This document shows positions 1-9,383 of a stretch of 64,000 bases of DNA, one piece after another (position 1 is the stretch's first letter; every line of letters begins with the position of its first letter). The notes below the pieces were generated by a model. The model had not been told where the DNA came from. It was given only the letters and a program-made list of their open reading frames with translations, and did no database searches. This DNA is from an uncultured Gammaproteobacteria bacterium (GTDB lineage Bacteria > Cyanobacteriota > Vampirovibrionia > Gastranaerophilales > CAJFVJ01). The stretch is taken from contig CAYUHE010000005.1 of NCBI GenBank assembly GCA_964444415.1, forward strand, positions 5,456-69,455, written 5' to 3'. Position numbers and translations under genes: made by a program.

Positions 1-1679
1 CAAGATTTACATTGGACAGTATGCCGGGTAAACAATTGAGTATTGACTCGGATTTGAATGCAGGAATGATTTCTGAAGATGAAGCCAAGGCAAGACGTAA
101 AAAAGTTGAAAGAGAAGCTGATTTTTACGGTACTATGGATGGTGCTTCGAAGTTCGTAAAAGGCGATGCATCCGCAAGTATTGTAATTACGGTAGTTAAC
201 ATCGTAGGTGGTTTGATTGTCGGTGTTTGGCAACAGTCTATGGATTTTATGACGGCATTATCAACTTTCACAATTTTGACAGTTGGTGAAGGTCTGGTTT
301 CTCAATTACCAGCCTTGTTTATCTCTACCGCAACAGGTTTGATAGTCAGCCGTGCCGGCGGACAAGACAGCTCTTTGAGTGCCGATATGGGCAAAGAAAT
401 GTTTTCTGACCCAAGAATATTATATGTTGTTGCAGGTCTTTTATTCTTTATAGGTATTGTCCCAGGGTTTCCTCCTATTCCGTTTATTTCTTTTGCAGGA
501 ATCATCGGGTATTATGCGATGAATAAACAAAAAGAAAAGAAAGAAAACAAAGTAAAAGATGCCATGCAAAAAATAAGCGATGAAAAAGAAGCCTCCAAGC
601 CTCAAAATGCGAAGAAAAAAGGTTCAAGAGAAGATGTAATGGAGCTTTTAAGTGTTGAAGCTATGGAAATAGAAATAGGATATAGGCTTGTCTCCTTGCT
701 TGATGCCGAACGAAACGGAGATTTGCTTGACAGAATTTCTCAAATCAGGCGCCAAACCGCTTTGGATTTGGGTATAGTTTTGCCGTCCATAAGAGTCCGC
801 GACAATCTGCAATTGGCACCTAATATGTATCAAATAAAACTTCGAGGCGTATCGATAGAAACAGGCGAAGTTTACCCTGAAAAACTTCTTGCTATGAATG
901 CCTCTAATGCAGCCGAAGAACTTGGAATTCGTGGTATAAACGCCATTGAACCTGCTTTTGGCTTACCAGCATTGTGGATTAGCGAATCAGACAGAGAATT
1001 AGCAGAATTAAACGGATTTACAGTTGTTACACCTTCTGCTGTCATATCCACTCATTTAACAGAAGTTATTAAGAAAAGTGCTTCGGAAATATTGACCAGA
1101 GCAGATGTAAAATCACTCATAGAAAATCTCAAAAAAGACAATGAAGAACTTATCGATCAATTGATGAAAGATATTTCTTATTCGGAAATCCAAACAGTTA
1201 TGCAAAATCTTTTAAAAGAACGTATATCAGTAAGGGATTTGCAGGCAATTTTAGAATCAGTCAGTACGCACAGCAGAATTAATAAAAACCCTGATTATGT
1301 TACAGAACAATGCCGTATGGCTTTATCAAGAAGTATTTGCAAGCAAAACATGACAGATTCAGGAGATCTTTTGGCTGTAACGCTTTCTCCTGATGTCGAA
1401 AATACAATAGCGGCAGGATTGAGTTCTGACGGACAAAACTTAAGTCTGGATCCTAATTTCACAAGAATGATGATAGACAATCTGAACAAGGAAATCGAAA
1501 ATGTATTGACACAAACCGGCAACCAGCCTGTAATATTGTGTTCATCGCCAATTCGTATGGCATTTAGAAAACTCATTGAAAGAACCTATCCACAAATCAG
1601 TGTTATATCTTATAATGAAATTCCGCCTAACATAAATGCCAGATCTGTTGGCGTTGTTAGAGCTCATTCGATGGCATAA
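1..1679 (+). CDS. flhA: Flagellar export apparatus protein FlhA, C-terminal ~555 aa (5' end outside window)
   Basis: Frame open to the window edge. FHIPEP-type strings FVKGDA and TILTVGEGLVSQLPALFISTATGLIVSR, then a KKEKKENK linker and the cytoplasmic domain (VLPSIRVRDN, EPAFGLPALWI). Confidence 0.93.
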   Translation, partial: RFTLDSMPGKQLSIDSDLNAGMISEDEAKARRKKVEREADFYGTMDGASKFVKGDASASIVITVVNIVGGLIVGVWQQSMDFMTALSTFTILTVGEGLVSQLPALFISTATGLIVSRAGGQDSSLSADMGKEMFSDPRILYVVAGLLFFIGIVPGFPPIPFISFAGIIGYYAMNKQKEKKENKVKDAMQKISDEKEASKPQNAKKKGSREDVMELLSVEAMEIEIGYRLVSLLDAERNGDLLDRISQIRRQTALDLGIVLPSIRVRDNLQLAPNMYQIKLRGVSIETGEVYPEKLLAMNASNAAEELGIRGINAIEPAFGLPALWISESDRELAELNGFTVVTPSAVISTHLTEVIKKSASEILTRADVKSLIENLKKDNEELIDQLMKDISYSEIQTVMQNLLKERISVRDLQAILESVSTHSRINKNPDYVTEQCRMALSRSICKQNMTDSGDLLAVTLSPDVENTIAAGLSSDGQNLSLDPNFTRMMIDNLNKEIENVLTQTGNQPVILCSSPIRMAFRKLIERTYPQISVISYNEIPPNINARSVGVVRAHSMA

Positions 1680-1697
1680 ATACAGAAAGTTGTTGTT

Positions 1698-2285
1698 ATG
1701 AATAAACCTTACATAAAATTAATTCCCGATAAAAACATAAAAGAGATTACTTTACCGTCTTTAGTTTCATCTGAAGATGATATTTTGAATATGTTTTTAA
1801 CTGATACAGCCTTTAAGACAGGTGAATCTTTTGATGTGATTATCGAAGAAGGTCCTCAGCTCAAATTCATGCGAGCATCTTTAGAAGCCTTAAGTGGTAA
1901 TGAAGGCAAATTTAGAGTTAGCAACATCAGATGTGCAATAAAACGTGAATATGAAAGAATAGCTTTGATTTTCGATGTTGAAGGATTTGATTTTTCTGCT
2001 CAAACTGTCAACATAAGTTCAGGGGGAATGCTTCTTAGGACTGATAAACAAGTCGAAGAAAATAAAATTTATGATTTAGAAATAGATTATGTTTCAAAAA
2101 AACTTCCAGTAAAATATCAAGTTTTACGAGTAAATTCAGACAGGAATAGTTTTTTGGTATCAGGAAAATTTATTGATTTAGATAAAGACATTAAAGCTTT
2201 TATAATTCAGCAAAATTTAAAAAATAAAATATTCGGTTTGAGATCATCACCATCAAAAGCAAAATCAGGAGGAGAAAATGAATAG
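1698..2285 (+). CDS. PilZ-domain (c-di-GMP receptor) protein
   Basis: Canonical PilZ motif pair: RxxxR (REYER) followed by D/NxSxxG (NISSGG). Lies 18 nt after the flhA stop on the same strand. Confidence 0.75.
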   Translation: MNKPYIKLIPDKNIKEITLPSLVSSEDDILNMFLTDTAFKTGESFDVIIEEGPQLKFMRASLEALSGNEGKFRVSNIRCAIKREYERIALIFDVEGFDFSAQTVNISSGGMLLRTDKQVEENKIYDLEIDYVSKKLPVKYQVLRVNSDRNSFLVSGKFIDLDKDIKAFIIQQNLKNKIFGLRSSPSKAKSGGENE

Positions 2286-2598
2286 ACTTTTTGCCACACA
2301 ATTTGCAAGTTTGGGCTTTATTATCGTTCTTGGAAAACTTTTTTATTCTTTGTGGCCCACAGGCGAAATTAACCCCATTTATGTTTTAGAAATGTCCCTT
2401 TTTGCTGCTGTTGTTTTTGGAATTATCGGATATTTTCTCGGAAAAGTATTTGATTTATCCAAAAAATCTGAATTTGAAGAAGATGTATTTGGTAACAAAA
2501 AAGATGCTGAACTTTTGATTGATGATGTTTTAATTTATGATATCGGCATAAAAAACAGAAAAGAAGAAGAGAAGAAAGAAGAACCTACTAATGAATAA
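2278..2598 (+). CDS. Small membrane protein (two hydrophobic segments, acidic/Lys-rich tail), function unknown
   Basis: AGGAGG SD 6 nt upstream of the ATG. 8-nt overlap with the PilZ gene. Hydrophobic stretches FASLGFIIVLGKLFYSLW and LFAAVVFGIIGYFLG. Confidence 0.55.
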   Translation: MNRLFATQFASLGFIIVLGKLFYSLWPTGEINPIYVLEMSLFAAVVFGIIGYFLGKVFDLSKKSEFEEDVFGNKKDAELLIDDVLIYDIGIKNRKEEEKKEEPTNE

Positions 2599-3262
2599 TA
2601 GAATTGTCGAAGTCTACACAGGAGCTTACGCCAGCGGGAAATCAGAGGTTGCTATTAACAGAGCTTTAATGTTATCAAAAGAACAGCCAATTACAATAGT
2701 AGATATGGATACAGTTGAACCGGCTTATACATTGAGGCCGCTAATCAAAGAACTTCAGGATTTAGGTTTAAATGTTATTGCACAAGAAGATTATTTCGGT
2801 CTTGGGGAGGCAGGTAGTGCCATCAAACCCGAGCAGCAAAGTTGTCTTCTTATTCAAGATAAAAATACTGTGATAGATGTCGGTTATGGCGTTGGCGGAC
2901 TTGATATTTTGGAAGTAATTAACGATATAGATAAAGAACCTAATTTGCAAATCAATTTGGTTTTGAATACATCAAAGTTTGAAACTTCAAGCGTTGAAGC
3001 TATTTTAGAATACACAAACTGGTATTCTGCTGAAAAAGAAGGCTGGAAAAGGATTACAGGAATTATAAGTAATGCCCATTTTGGCGATGAAAGTACTATG
3101 GAAGATGTTTTAGCCGGTTATGAAATCATAAAAGAAGCCGCTAAAGCAATGAATTTGCCAGTTGTAGCAATAGGTATAGATGAAAAACTTTCACCGCCAG
3201 ATGAAATAGACGGAGTTCCTGTTTGGAAGCTTAAACGCTACATGCCGAAACATCTTTGGTAA
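2591..3262 (+). CDS. Atypical P-loop NTPase with MinD/ParA-like layout
   Basis: Walker A-like GAYASGKSE near the N-terminus, followed about 25 aa later by hhhhDxD (ITIVDMD). 8-nt overlap with the upstream ORF. Lacks the KGG deviant Walker A of MinD/FlhG. Confidence 0.45.
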   Translation: MNNRIVEVYTGAYASGKSEVAINRALMLSKEQPITIVDMDTVEPAYTLRPLIKELQDLGLNVIAQEDYFGLGEAGSAIKPEQQSCLLIQDKNTVIDVGYGVGGLDILEVINDIDKEPNLQINLVLNTSKFETSSVEAILEYTNWYSAEKEGWKRITGIISNAHFGDESTMEDVLAGYEIIKEAAKAMNLPVVAIGIDEKLSPPDEIDGVPVWKLKRYMPKHLW

Positions 3263-3272
3263 ATATTATAGA

Positions 3273-4019
3273 CTATTTTGTTGCTTTGAATTTTAAACTT
3301 GCAACAGGCATATTGTGATATTGCTTTTTACTCAAATCTTTATCTTCGGAAATAATTTCCACAGAAAAACCCGCCTGTATTAAAATATTAATATAATCAT
3401 CTTTCAGCAAAGCTCCTGCTACACAACTACAAAGTAAATCTTCGCTGTTTTTTTGTTCATCTGAAATAGATTCTAATAAAACCATATCAGAAATAAAAAC
3501 TTTGCCTGATGATTTTAAAACTCTGTAAGATTCTTGAAAAGCTTTTAATTTGTCTGGCACTAAATTTATCACGCAATTGCTGATAATTATATCTACAGAA
3601 TTATCTTCCACAGGTAAATTTTCAATTTCTCCAAGCCTAAATTCTACATTTGTATAACTATATTTTTCAGCATTGTTTCTAGCTTTGACTATCATTTCTT
3701 CGGTCATATCAACGCCGATTACTTTGCCTTGCACTCCAACTTTTTGAGCCGCTAAAAAACAGTCAAGGCCAGCACCTGAGCCCAAATCAAGAACAGTATG
3801 TCCTTCTTGTATTTCTCCAAAAGCTACAGGGTTTCCGCATCCCAATCCCAAATTGGCTTCAGGCATATTTTCAATATCTTGTTCACTATATCCTATTGAT
3901 TTTGCGATTTTATCAGCATCATTAACAAATGAAGCAAGAGTGCTACATCCGCAACTTTTCTCTTTTGCAACTTGCGAATAGTTTTTTTTGACAATGTCTT
4001 TTATTTTTTTATTTTTCAA
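3273..4019 (-). CDS. arsM: SAM-dependent methyltransferase, arsenite methyltransferase (ArsM)-like
   Basis: SAM motif I VLDLGSGAGLDCF plus ArsM-style Cys positions (GLGCGNP, ISNCVINL, LCSCVAGA). TTG start preceded by AGGGGA at 7 nt, overlapping the alr stop. Confidence 0.6.
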   Translation of the reverse strand: MKNKKIKDIVKKNYSQVAKEKSCGCSTLASFVNDADKIAKSIGYSEQDIENMPEANLGLGCGNPVAFGEIQEGHTVLDLGSGAGLDCFLAAQKVGVQGKVIGVDMTEEMIVKARNNAEKYSYTNVEFRLGEIENLPVEDNSVDIIISNCVINLVPDKLKAFQESYRVLKSSGKVFISDMVLLESISDEQKNSEDLLCSCVAGALLKDDYINILIQAGFSVEIISEDKDLSKKQYHNMPVASLKFKATK

Positions 4020-4035
4020 AATTTAATCCCCTAAC

Positions 4036-5172
4036 TTATCTTGTATAAATTCTTGGCAGGCGGACTTTCAGGTTACAAGAAATTTCGTAATTAATTGTGC
4101 CTAATATATTTGCCCACTCATCAATCGAGATAAATTCATCTCCATCTTGACCCAAAAGAGTAACAATATCGCCTTTTTTGATATTTTTGACATCTGTAAC
4201 ATCAAAAACAATTTGATCCATTGTGATATTGCCAATTTGTTTAACTTTTTGCCCATTAATTATGCCATATATTTGATTTGATAAAGAACGTGAAACGCCA
4301 TCAGCGTAACCTATTGGGATTGTGGCTATTTTTCTATCCTCATTTGCGACATAAGAATACCCATAACTTACGCCTTCATCTTTTTCGATTTCTGAAATAT
4401 GAACAATCCTTGCCTTGAGACCCATAACTTGTTTGAGTTTTGGGGCATCAACCCCATCAGTCAAATCAGGGGCCATACCGCTAATTCCTATACCCACTCT
4501 CACCATATCAAATTGCAATTCCGGATAAGCAAAAACCGCAGCTGTATTTGCCGCATGAAAAATTATATCTTTATTCTTGAATTCATTATATATTTCCAGC
4601 CATTTATCAATTTGTTTTTGAGTCAATTCTTTATTCTCAGCACATGCAAGGTGCGTAAAAATGCCTTTTACATTAAGAGATTTTTCACTTAATGCATCTT
4701 TGATGAATTTTTTTGATTCTTTAAAACTCACGCCAATCCTGTTCATTCCCGTATTTATTTTGATATGGACTTTGGGCGAAATATTTGATTTCTCATACAA
4801 ATATCTGCAAACCCTGAGGTGTTCTTTAGTGAAAATTGATATCGAAATGTCATTTTGTACCGCTGATTCGATAGCCCACTCAGGGGTGTCTCCAAGAACC
4901 AATATAGGAGCTGTTATTCCGCCATGTCTAAGTTGCAATCCTTCATCAACTGATGCAACTCCAAGCATATGAACACCTGAGGCCAAAAGTGTCGAAGCAC
5001 TCATTACAGAGCCATGTCCATAACTGTCAGCTTTCACTACAGCAAGAATTTTGACATTAGATTTAAGAAGTTTTTTTATTTCTTTTATATTTTGTTCAAT
5101 ATGGCTCAAATTAACTTCTACCCAAGCATCTCGGCGTATTTGATTAACCATTGGACGTCTTTGTAATTGCAT
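4036..5172 (-). CDS. alr: Alanine racemase
   Basis: PLP-lysine motif VVKADSYGHG, C-terminal YEISCNL...RLPRIY, length 378 aa. AGGAGAG SD 5 nt upstream of the ATG. Confidence 0.9.
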   Translation of the reverse strand: MQLQRRPMVNQIRRDAWVEVNLSHIEQNIKEIKKLLKSNVKILAVVKADSYGHGSVMSASTLLASGVHMLGVASVDEGLQLRHGGITAPILVLGDTPEWAIESAVQNDISISIFTKEHLRVCRYLYEKSNISPKVHIKINTGMNRIGVSFKESKKFIKDALSEKSLNVKGIFTHLACAENKELTQKQIDKWLEIYNEFKNKDIIFHAANTAAVFAYPELQFDMVRVGIGISGMAPDLTDGVDAPKLKQVMGLKARIVHISEIEKDEGVSYGYSYVANEDRKIATIPIGYADGVSRSLSNQIYGIINGQKVKQIGNITMDQIVFDVTDVKNIKKGDIVTLLGQDGDEFISIDEWANILGTINYEISCNLKVRLPRIYTR

Positions 5173-5315
5173 TTTTTCTCTCCTATAAATAGATTATAGT
5201 ATAAAGTCGGTTAATTTTTGTAAATAAATTTTTAAAATCTATAAAGAATAATGAGAGATAGTCGATATAAAATTAGTAATCAAAATAATGCAGTTCAAAA
5301 AGGAGGAACACTATA

Positions 5316-5480
5316 GTGCAAAACAGTAACATTCTTAGCCATTGGGCAGATGATGTAGAGATGGACGAATTCTACGAGGAATTACAAGAGGACATCGAAA
5401 GTGTAAGTGGAGCATATCAAGCAGTAGCAAGACTATGCAAAAAAGGAGGGGCAAAAAGGCGAAAGCAATGTTTTGATTAA
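5316..5480 (+). CDS. Possible 54-aa small protein (acidic N-half, basic Cys-containing C-end), GTG start
   Basis: AGGAGG at 5301-5306, 9 nt before the GTG. My translation is VQNSNILSHWADDVEMDEFYEELQEDIESVSGAYQAVARLCKKGGAKRRKQCFD. Followed by a hairpin terminator. Below the ORF-track size cutoff. Confidence 0.3.
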   Translation: MQNSNILSHWADDVEMDEFYEELQEDIESVSGAYQAVARLCKKGGAKRRKQCFD

Positions 5481-5506
5481 TTAAAATATTTAACGTTGAA
5501 TACAAT

Positions 5507-5535
5507 CAAAAAAAGAGGGCGAAAGCCCTCTTTCA
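5507..5535. terminator. Bidirectional rho-independent terminator (AAGAGGGC-GAAA-GCCCTCTT)
   Basis: 8-bp GC-rich stem with a GAAA loop, A-run upstream and T-rich sequence downstream. Sits between the convergent small ORF (+) and the DUF2400 gene (-). Confidence 0.6.
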
Positions 5536-5537
5536 AT

Positions 5538-6281
5538 TTATAATCCTATTCCTTCGCCAAAAAGGGCAAAATCATATTTCGTAGGGTCTTTTGAATCAAA
5601 TTCTTTTAATTTTTGGGTAATTTCATAGGCACTTTGCCAGTCATTGGCATTTCTTTTTAGCATTCCTAATTTTCTTGAAACTTTTGCTACATGAACATCC
5701 AAAGGAATAATCAATTTACTTGGGCAAACATTTTGCCAAATTCCAATATCAACAGGGGATTTTCTGACCATCCATTTAAGAAACAAATTCAATCTTTTGC
5801 ATGCACTTTTTTTGGTCGGGCAAGGCAAAAGATAATTTCCACAAGTCAAAATCTCGCCTACAAAGCCAATCAAACCTTCTTTTACTGTTTCGTCTGTATA
5901 GTTATGATGCTTCAGAAAAACTTCTTCGAGAGAATCAAAGTTTTTGATTACTTTTGAAACTCCTTCAAAAAAATCTGCAATATTTTGCCCGTCTATATAT
6001 CTGTATTTGAAACTTGAAAAAATTTTACTATCAGAAGCTTTATAGTTTTGGCAAAAATTATACGGTTCATTTTCTATGATTTGATGAATTTTTTCTACTG
6101 CTTCTATGATTTTTTCTCTTTTTCCAAATGCCAAAGATGAGGCGATAAGTCCTGATATTTCGACATCTTGTTTCTTTTCAAAGCGATGCGGAAACTGTAT
6201 CGGGTCATTTTTGATAAAATCAGCAGTTTCAAATTCAATAACAAGTTTGTCTAAATGTTTTTTGAGCTCTTTTTCGTTCAT
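5538..6281 (-). CDS. TIGR02757/DUF2400-family protein
   Basis: N-terminal pattern ...TADFIKNDPIQFPHRF... and a length of ~247 aa, recalled from that family. 4-nt overlap with tadA upstream. Confidence 0.55.
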   Translation of the reverse strand: MNEKELKKHLDKLVIEFETADFIKNDPIQFPHRFEKKQDVEISGLIASSLAFGKREKIIEAVEKIHQIIENEPYNFCQNYKASDSKIFSSFKYRYIDGQNIADFFEGVSKVIKNFDSLEEVFLKHHNYTDETVKEGLIGFVGEILTCGNYLLPCPTKKSACKRLNLFLKWMVRKSPVDIGIWQNVCPSKLIIPLDVHVAKVSRKLGMLKRNANDWQSAYEITQKLKEFDSKDPTKYDFALFGEGIGL

Positions 6282-6721
6282 CTTTTACCTTTAAAAAATT
6301 CCAGCAATAATTTTTGGCATTCTTCTTCCATTATACCGCCTTTGATTAAAATTTTTGAGTTGATAATTTTTTGCATATCCATTTTTGAGCCGAATGCACC
6401 GTAATTTGTGTCGTAAGCCCCAAAATAAACTTCTTTTATTTTGGATTGCAAAATCAAAGCCGCACACATCGGACAAGGCTCTAGCGTAACATATAATTTC
6501 GCCTCATTCAGCCGCCAAGTCTCCATTTTTTGGGCGGCTTCATCAATAACAATCATCTCTGCATGAGCGCTTGGTTTATTAAATTCTTCTCTTTTATTTG
6601 ACGATTTGGCAATTACAATATCATCAATAACCAAAACAGCTCCAACAGGTACATCTTGCCCTGAAAGATTGGCTTCATCTATTGCAATTTTCATAAAATT
6701 TTGGTGATTATTAATCATCAT
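6278..6721 (-). CDS. tadA: tRNA-specific adenosine deaminase
   Basis: CDA zinc motifs HAEMIVIDEA and PCPMCAALI, 147 aa. Confidence 0.85.
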   Translation of the reverse strand: MMINNHQNFMKIAIDEANLSGQDVPVGAVLVIDDIVIAKSSNKREEFNKPSAHAEMIVIDEAAQKMETWRLNEAKLYVTLEPCPMCAALILQSKIKEVYFGAYDTNYGAFGSKMDMQKIINSKILIKGGIMEEECQKLLLEFFKGKR

Positions 6722-8379
6722 TTAGCCAAAGGTAAGGTAAAAGTAACTCTGAAATTATTATCTGATGAAACTTCGATTTTGCCGTTCATTGTCTCTACCA
6801 AACCTTTTACTATAAAGAGCCCAAGACCAGTGCCTCTTGTAGTTCTTGTGGTAGAATCATCAATCCTAGTGAATTTATCAAACAAAGTATTTAATTTTTT
6901 CTTTTCGATTGTCGGACAGTTATTTTCGACAAAAATCTCAACATCATTAGACAATTGTTTCGCCCCGATTTTGATATTCGAATCAGAATATTTCATGGCA
7001 TTTTCGATTAAATTAATAATTATTTGCTCAACCCTATCAGGATCAGCATAAACGGGGGTAATATCATCAGGAACATCAATCTCAAATTGACGTTCATCAG
7101 GATTGTAACCGATAGAAGAAAGCACATTATCAATGGCTTCTTTCAAATGAACTTCTTGCGGAAAAACTTTAATAGAAGCTGATTCTATATCAGGAACAAC
7201 CAACAAATCATCTACCATTCGGCTCAATCTGTCTGTTTGCCTTTTGATTATTTTGAGCGATTCTTGCTGCATTTCTTTATCAATTACAACATCCTGCCTC
7301 AAAAGCCTTGAGGTATAACCTTTTATGCTCATTAAAGGAGTCCTGAACTCATGGCTTACGGTATCAATCAAATTTGATTTGAAGCTGTCTAATTGTTTAA
7401 GTTTTTGGTTATTGCGTTTAAGTTCTTTATAAGAAGTTTTGATTTTTTCGACCATTTTGTTAAATTCTTTAGACAAAAATATAATTTCATTAGGCGTAGT
7501 GAAATTGACAATCGGCCTGACTTTTCGGTTATAATTTCCTTCTGCAACAGCGTTTATAGCCTTGAAAAGCTGCCTAATATTTGTGTACAAATACATAAGA
7601 TAAATCAAACACAAAAAGATTATAATCCCAGCCGTAACAGCCAAAATCGAAATTATTTTACCCCTTGCGACATTAATACTATATTTTGAAAGTACTTTGG
7701 GCGTTGTTACGATGATTTTCCAATTCGTATTTTTCATTTTTATAACGATATTAGGCTCATTTTTTTTAAAATAAAATAGCTCTGCCACATCAGGATTGAG
7801 TTTTTCAGGAAGTTTTTTGATTAACTTATCAACTGCTTCTTTGCTATAATCACGAGGGATAATAACTTTGTTATCTTGATCAAGAATGTATATTTTTCGT
7901 TTTATACCTGAAAAATCCTTCTCTGTATTTTTTTCAAGCTGTGAAGCATCAATTTTTAGTTCAACAAATTTTTTGTAATCTGTTTTATAAATAAGACTTA
8001 CTGTATTTTCTTTTTGATTATAAATTGTGGCAAAAACTTTGCTGTTATGCTTTATAGGGCTTGAATTCAAAAGGCGTATAGACAAAATTTCAGGGTAAGT
8101 TTTCATTATTTCGGCTGAATAAGCGCCAATATTTTTGTATTTAGCCATATCTGCAATGTTTTTTGCAATTTGTTTTTTGCTTTCTACTTCATTTTCAAAA
8201 TACAATTTTACACTATTTGCACTCAAAAAAGCTGAGCTGACAAGCTCTTTTCTGACTGCTTGCTGGTTTACGTTTGTAATTATTGCGGTGCTAATTCCAA
8301 GAGGCACCAAAACTGCAATAAATATAACAAAAATCATCTGTTCGGCAATTTTGAGACGTCTTTTTTTTATAGTTTTCAT
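6718..8379 (-). CDS. Sensor histidine kinase (TM, extracytoplasmic domain, TM, HAMP, HisKA, HATPase)
   Basis: H-box SHEFRTPL, G-box GTGLGLFIVKG, two hydrophobic segments flanking a ~220-aa sensor region. 4-nt overlap with the response regulator gene. Confidence 0.87.
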   Translation of the reverse strand: MKTIKKRRLKIAEQMIFVIFIAVLVPLGISTAIITNVNQQAVRKELVSSAFLSANSVKLYFENEVESKKQIAKNIADMAKYKNIGAYSAEIMKTYPEILSIRLLNSSPIKHNSKVFATIYNQKENTVSLIYKTDYKKFVELKIDASQLEKNTEKDFSGIKRKIYILDQDNKVIIPRDYSKEAVDKLIKKLPEKLNPDVAELFYFKKNEPNIVIKMKNTNWKIIVTTPKVLSKYSINVARGKIISILAVTAGIIIFLCLIYLMYLYTNIRQLFKAINAVAEGNYNRKVRPIVNFTTPNEIIFLSKEFNKMVEKIKTSYKELKRNNQKLKQLDSFKSNLIDTVSHEFRTPLMSIKGYTSRLLRQDVVIDKEMQQESLKIIKRQTDRLSRMVDDLLVVPDIESASIKVFPQEVHLKEAIDNVLSSIGYNPDERQFEIDVPDDITPVYADPDRVEQIIINLIENAMKYSDSNIKIGAKQLSNDVEIFVENNCPTIEKKKLNTLFDKFTRIDDSTTRTTRGTGLGLFIVKGLVETMNGKIEVSSDNNFRVTFTLPLAK

Positions 8380-9071
8380 ATCTCACCAAACGGATTAAGT
8401 TTATAACCGACATTTGTGATTGTGTGCAAATACTTCGGAGACTTAGGATTTGGCTCTATTTTATGTCTTAATCCACCTACATGCACTCTCAGCATTCTCA
8501 CATCTTCATCAGCATCATAGCCCCAAACTTCATTTAAAAGCGTGCTGAGCGTTACAGCTTGATTGATATGCTGCATAAGACAATAAAGTATCTCAAATTC
8601 TGTCGGAGTGAGTTTTTTCACCTCGCCATTTATTGTAGCTTCAAGCGAATCTGGCGAAATTTTAATATCTCCTGCGTCCAAAACATCCCCTGACAAGGAG
8701 TCAGTTTTGGTATTTCTTCTTAACAAAGCCCTTACTCTCACAAGGAGTTCTTGAATATCGAAAGGTTTTACTAAGTAGTCATCCGCACCATTTTCAAAAC
8801 CCACAACCTTATCTTCGATTGCCCCTTTTGCAGTCAAAAGCAAAATGGGAATTTCTTTATTTACTTTTCTGATATTTTGACAAACTTCAAAGCCATCCAT
8901 TTTTGGCATCATTACATCGAGCAAAATCAAATCATAAGCACTTTTAAGTGCCATAGCCAAACCTTCTTGCCCATCACTTGCTGTGTCAACTAGATATCCG
9001 CTAAGTTGAAGATCAACTTTTAGCAATTCTTGTATTTCTTTGTCATCATCAACTATTAAAAGTCTGCTCAT
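8376..9071 (-). CDS. OmpR-family response regulator
   Basis: Receiver domain (LLIVDDD, LILLDVMMPKMDG, LLLTAK) plus a winged-helix C-terminus (LRVHVGGLRHKIE, GYKL). Start re-called to ATG 9071 (MSRLLIVDD). The ORF-track start at 9128 is a TTG extension. Confidence 0.9.
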   Translation of the reverse strand: MSRLLIVDDDKEIQELLKVDLQLSGYLVDTASDGQEGLAMALKSAYDLILLDVMMPKMDGFEVCQNIRKVNKEIPILLLTAKGAIEDKVVGFENGADDYLVKPFDIQELLVRVRALLRRNTKTDSLSGDVLDAGDIKISPDSLEATINGEVKKLTPTEFEILYCLMQHINQAVTLSTLLNEVWGYDADEDVRMLRVHVGGLRHKIEPNPKSPKYLHTITNVGYKLNPFGEI

Positions 9072-9154
9072 ATTGCTTTCCCTCGTATCTATGAGATTTA
9101 TTTTCTCATATTTGAAGCCAAGGCACAAGCGTAAAAATCTGATTTTCTAAACTT

Positions 9155-9215
9155 GAGACTGATGCACAAGTCCTATTATTAGATTTTTTGTCAAAATGGC
9201 TTGTGCATCAGTCTC
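9155..9215. repeat. Perfect 16-bp inverted repeat GAGACTGATGCACAAG / CTTGTGCATCAGTCTC with a 29-nt loop
   Basis: Read directly: arms at 9155-9170 and 9200-9215, in the divergent intergenic region between the response regulator and kdsA. Confidence 0.7.
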
Positions 9216-9281
9216 TGACGTCTAGTGTCGCAAATGCCCGCCAATTCACATTGCCGTGCTTTGCTCACTTTTGTAAGGTCG

Positions 9282-9326
9282 CCCCCTGGCAAGTTTTAAA
9301 ATTGAAAATTTTGACTTGTCAGGGGG
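9282..9326. repeat. 13-bp inverted repeat CCCCCTGGCAAGT / ACTTGTCAGGGGG (one G-T pair), followed 19 nt later by a T8 run
   Basis: Arms at 9282-9294 and 9314-9326. T8 at 9346-9353. Conspicuously GC-rich for this window. Confidence 0.65.
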
Positions 9327-9383
9327 CTCACTTGTGCAGTCGCCGTTTTTTTTGTACGATAATTTTAACAAAAGGAGCTAAGT

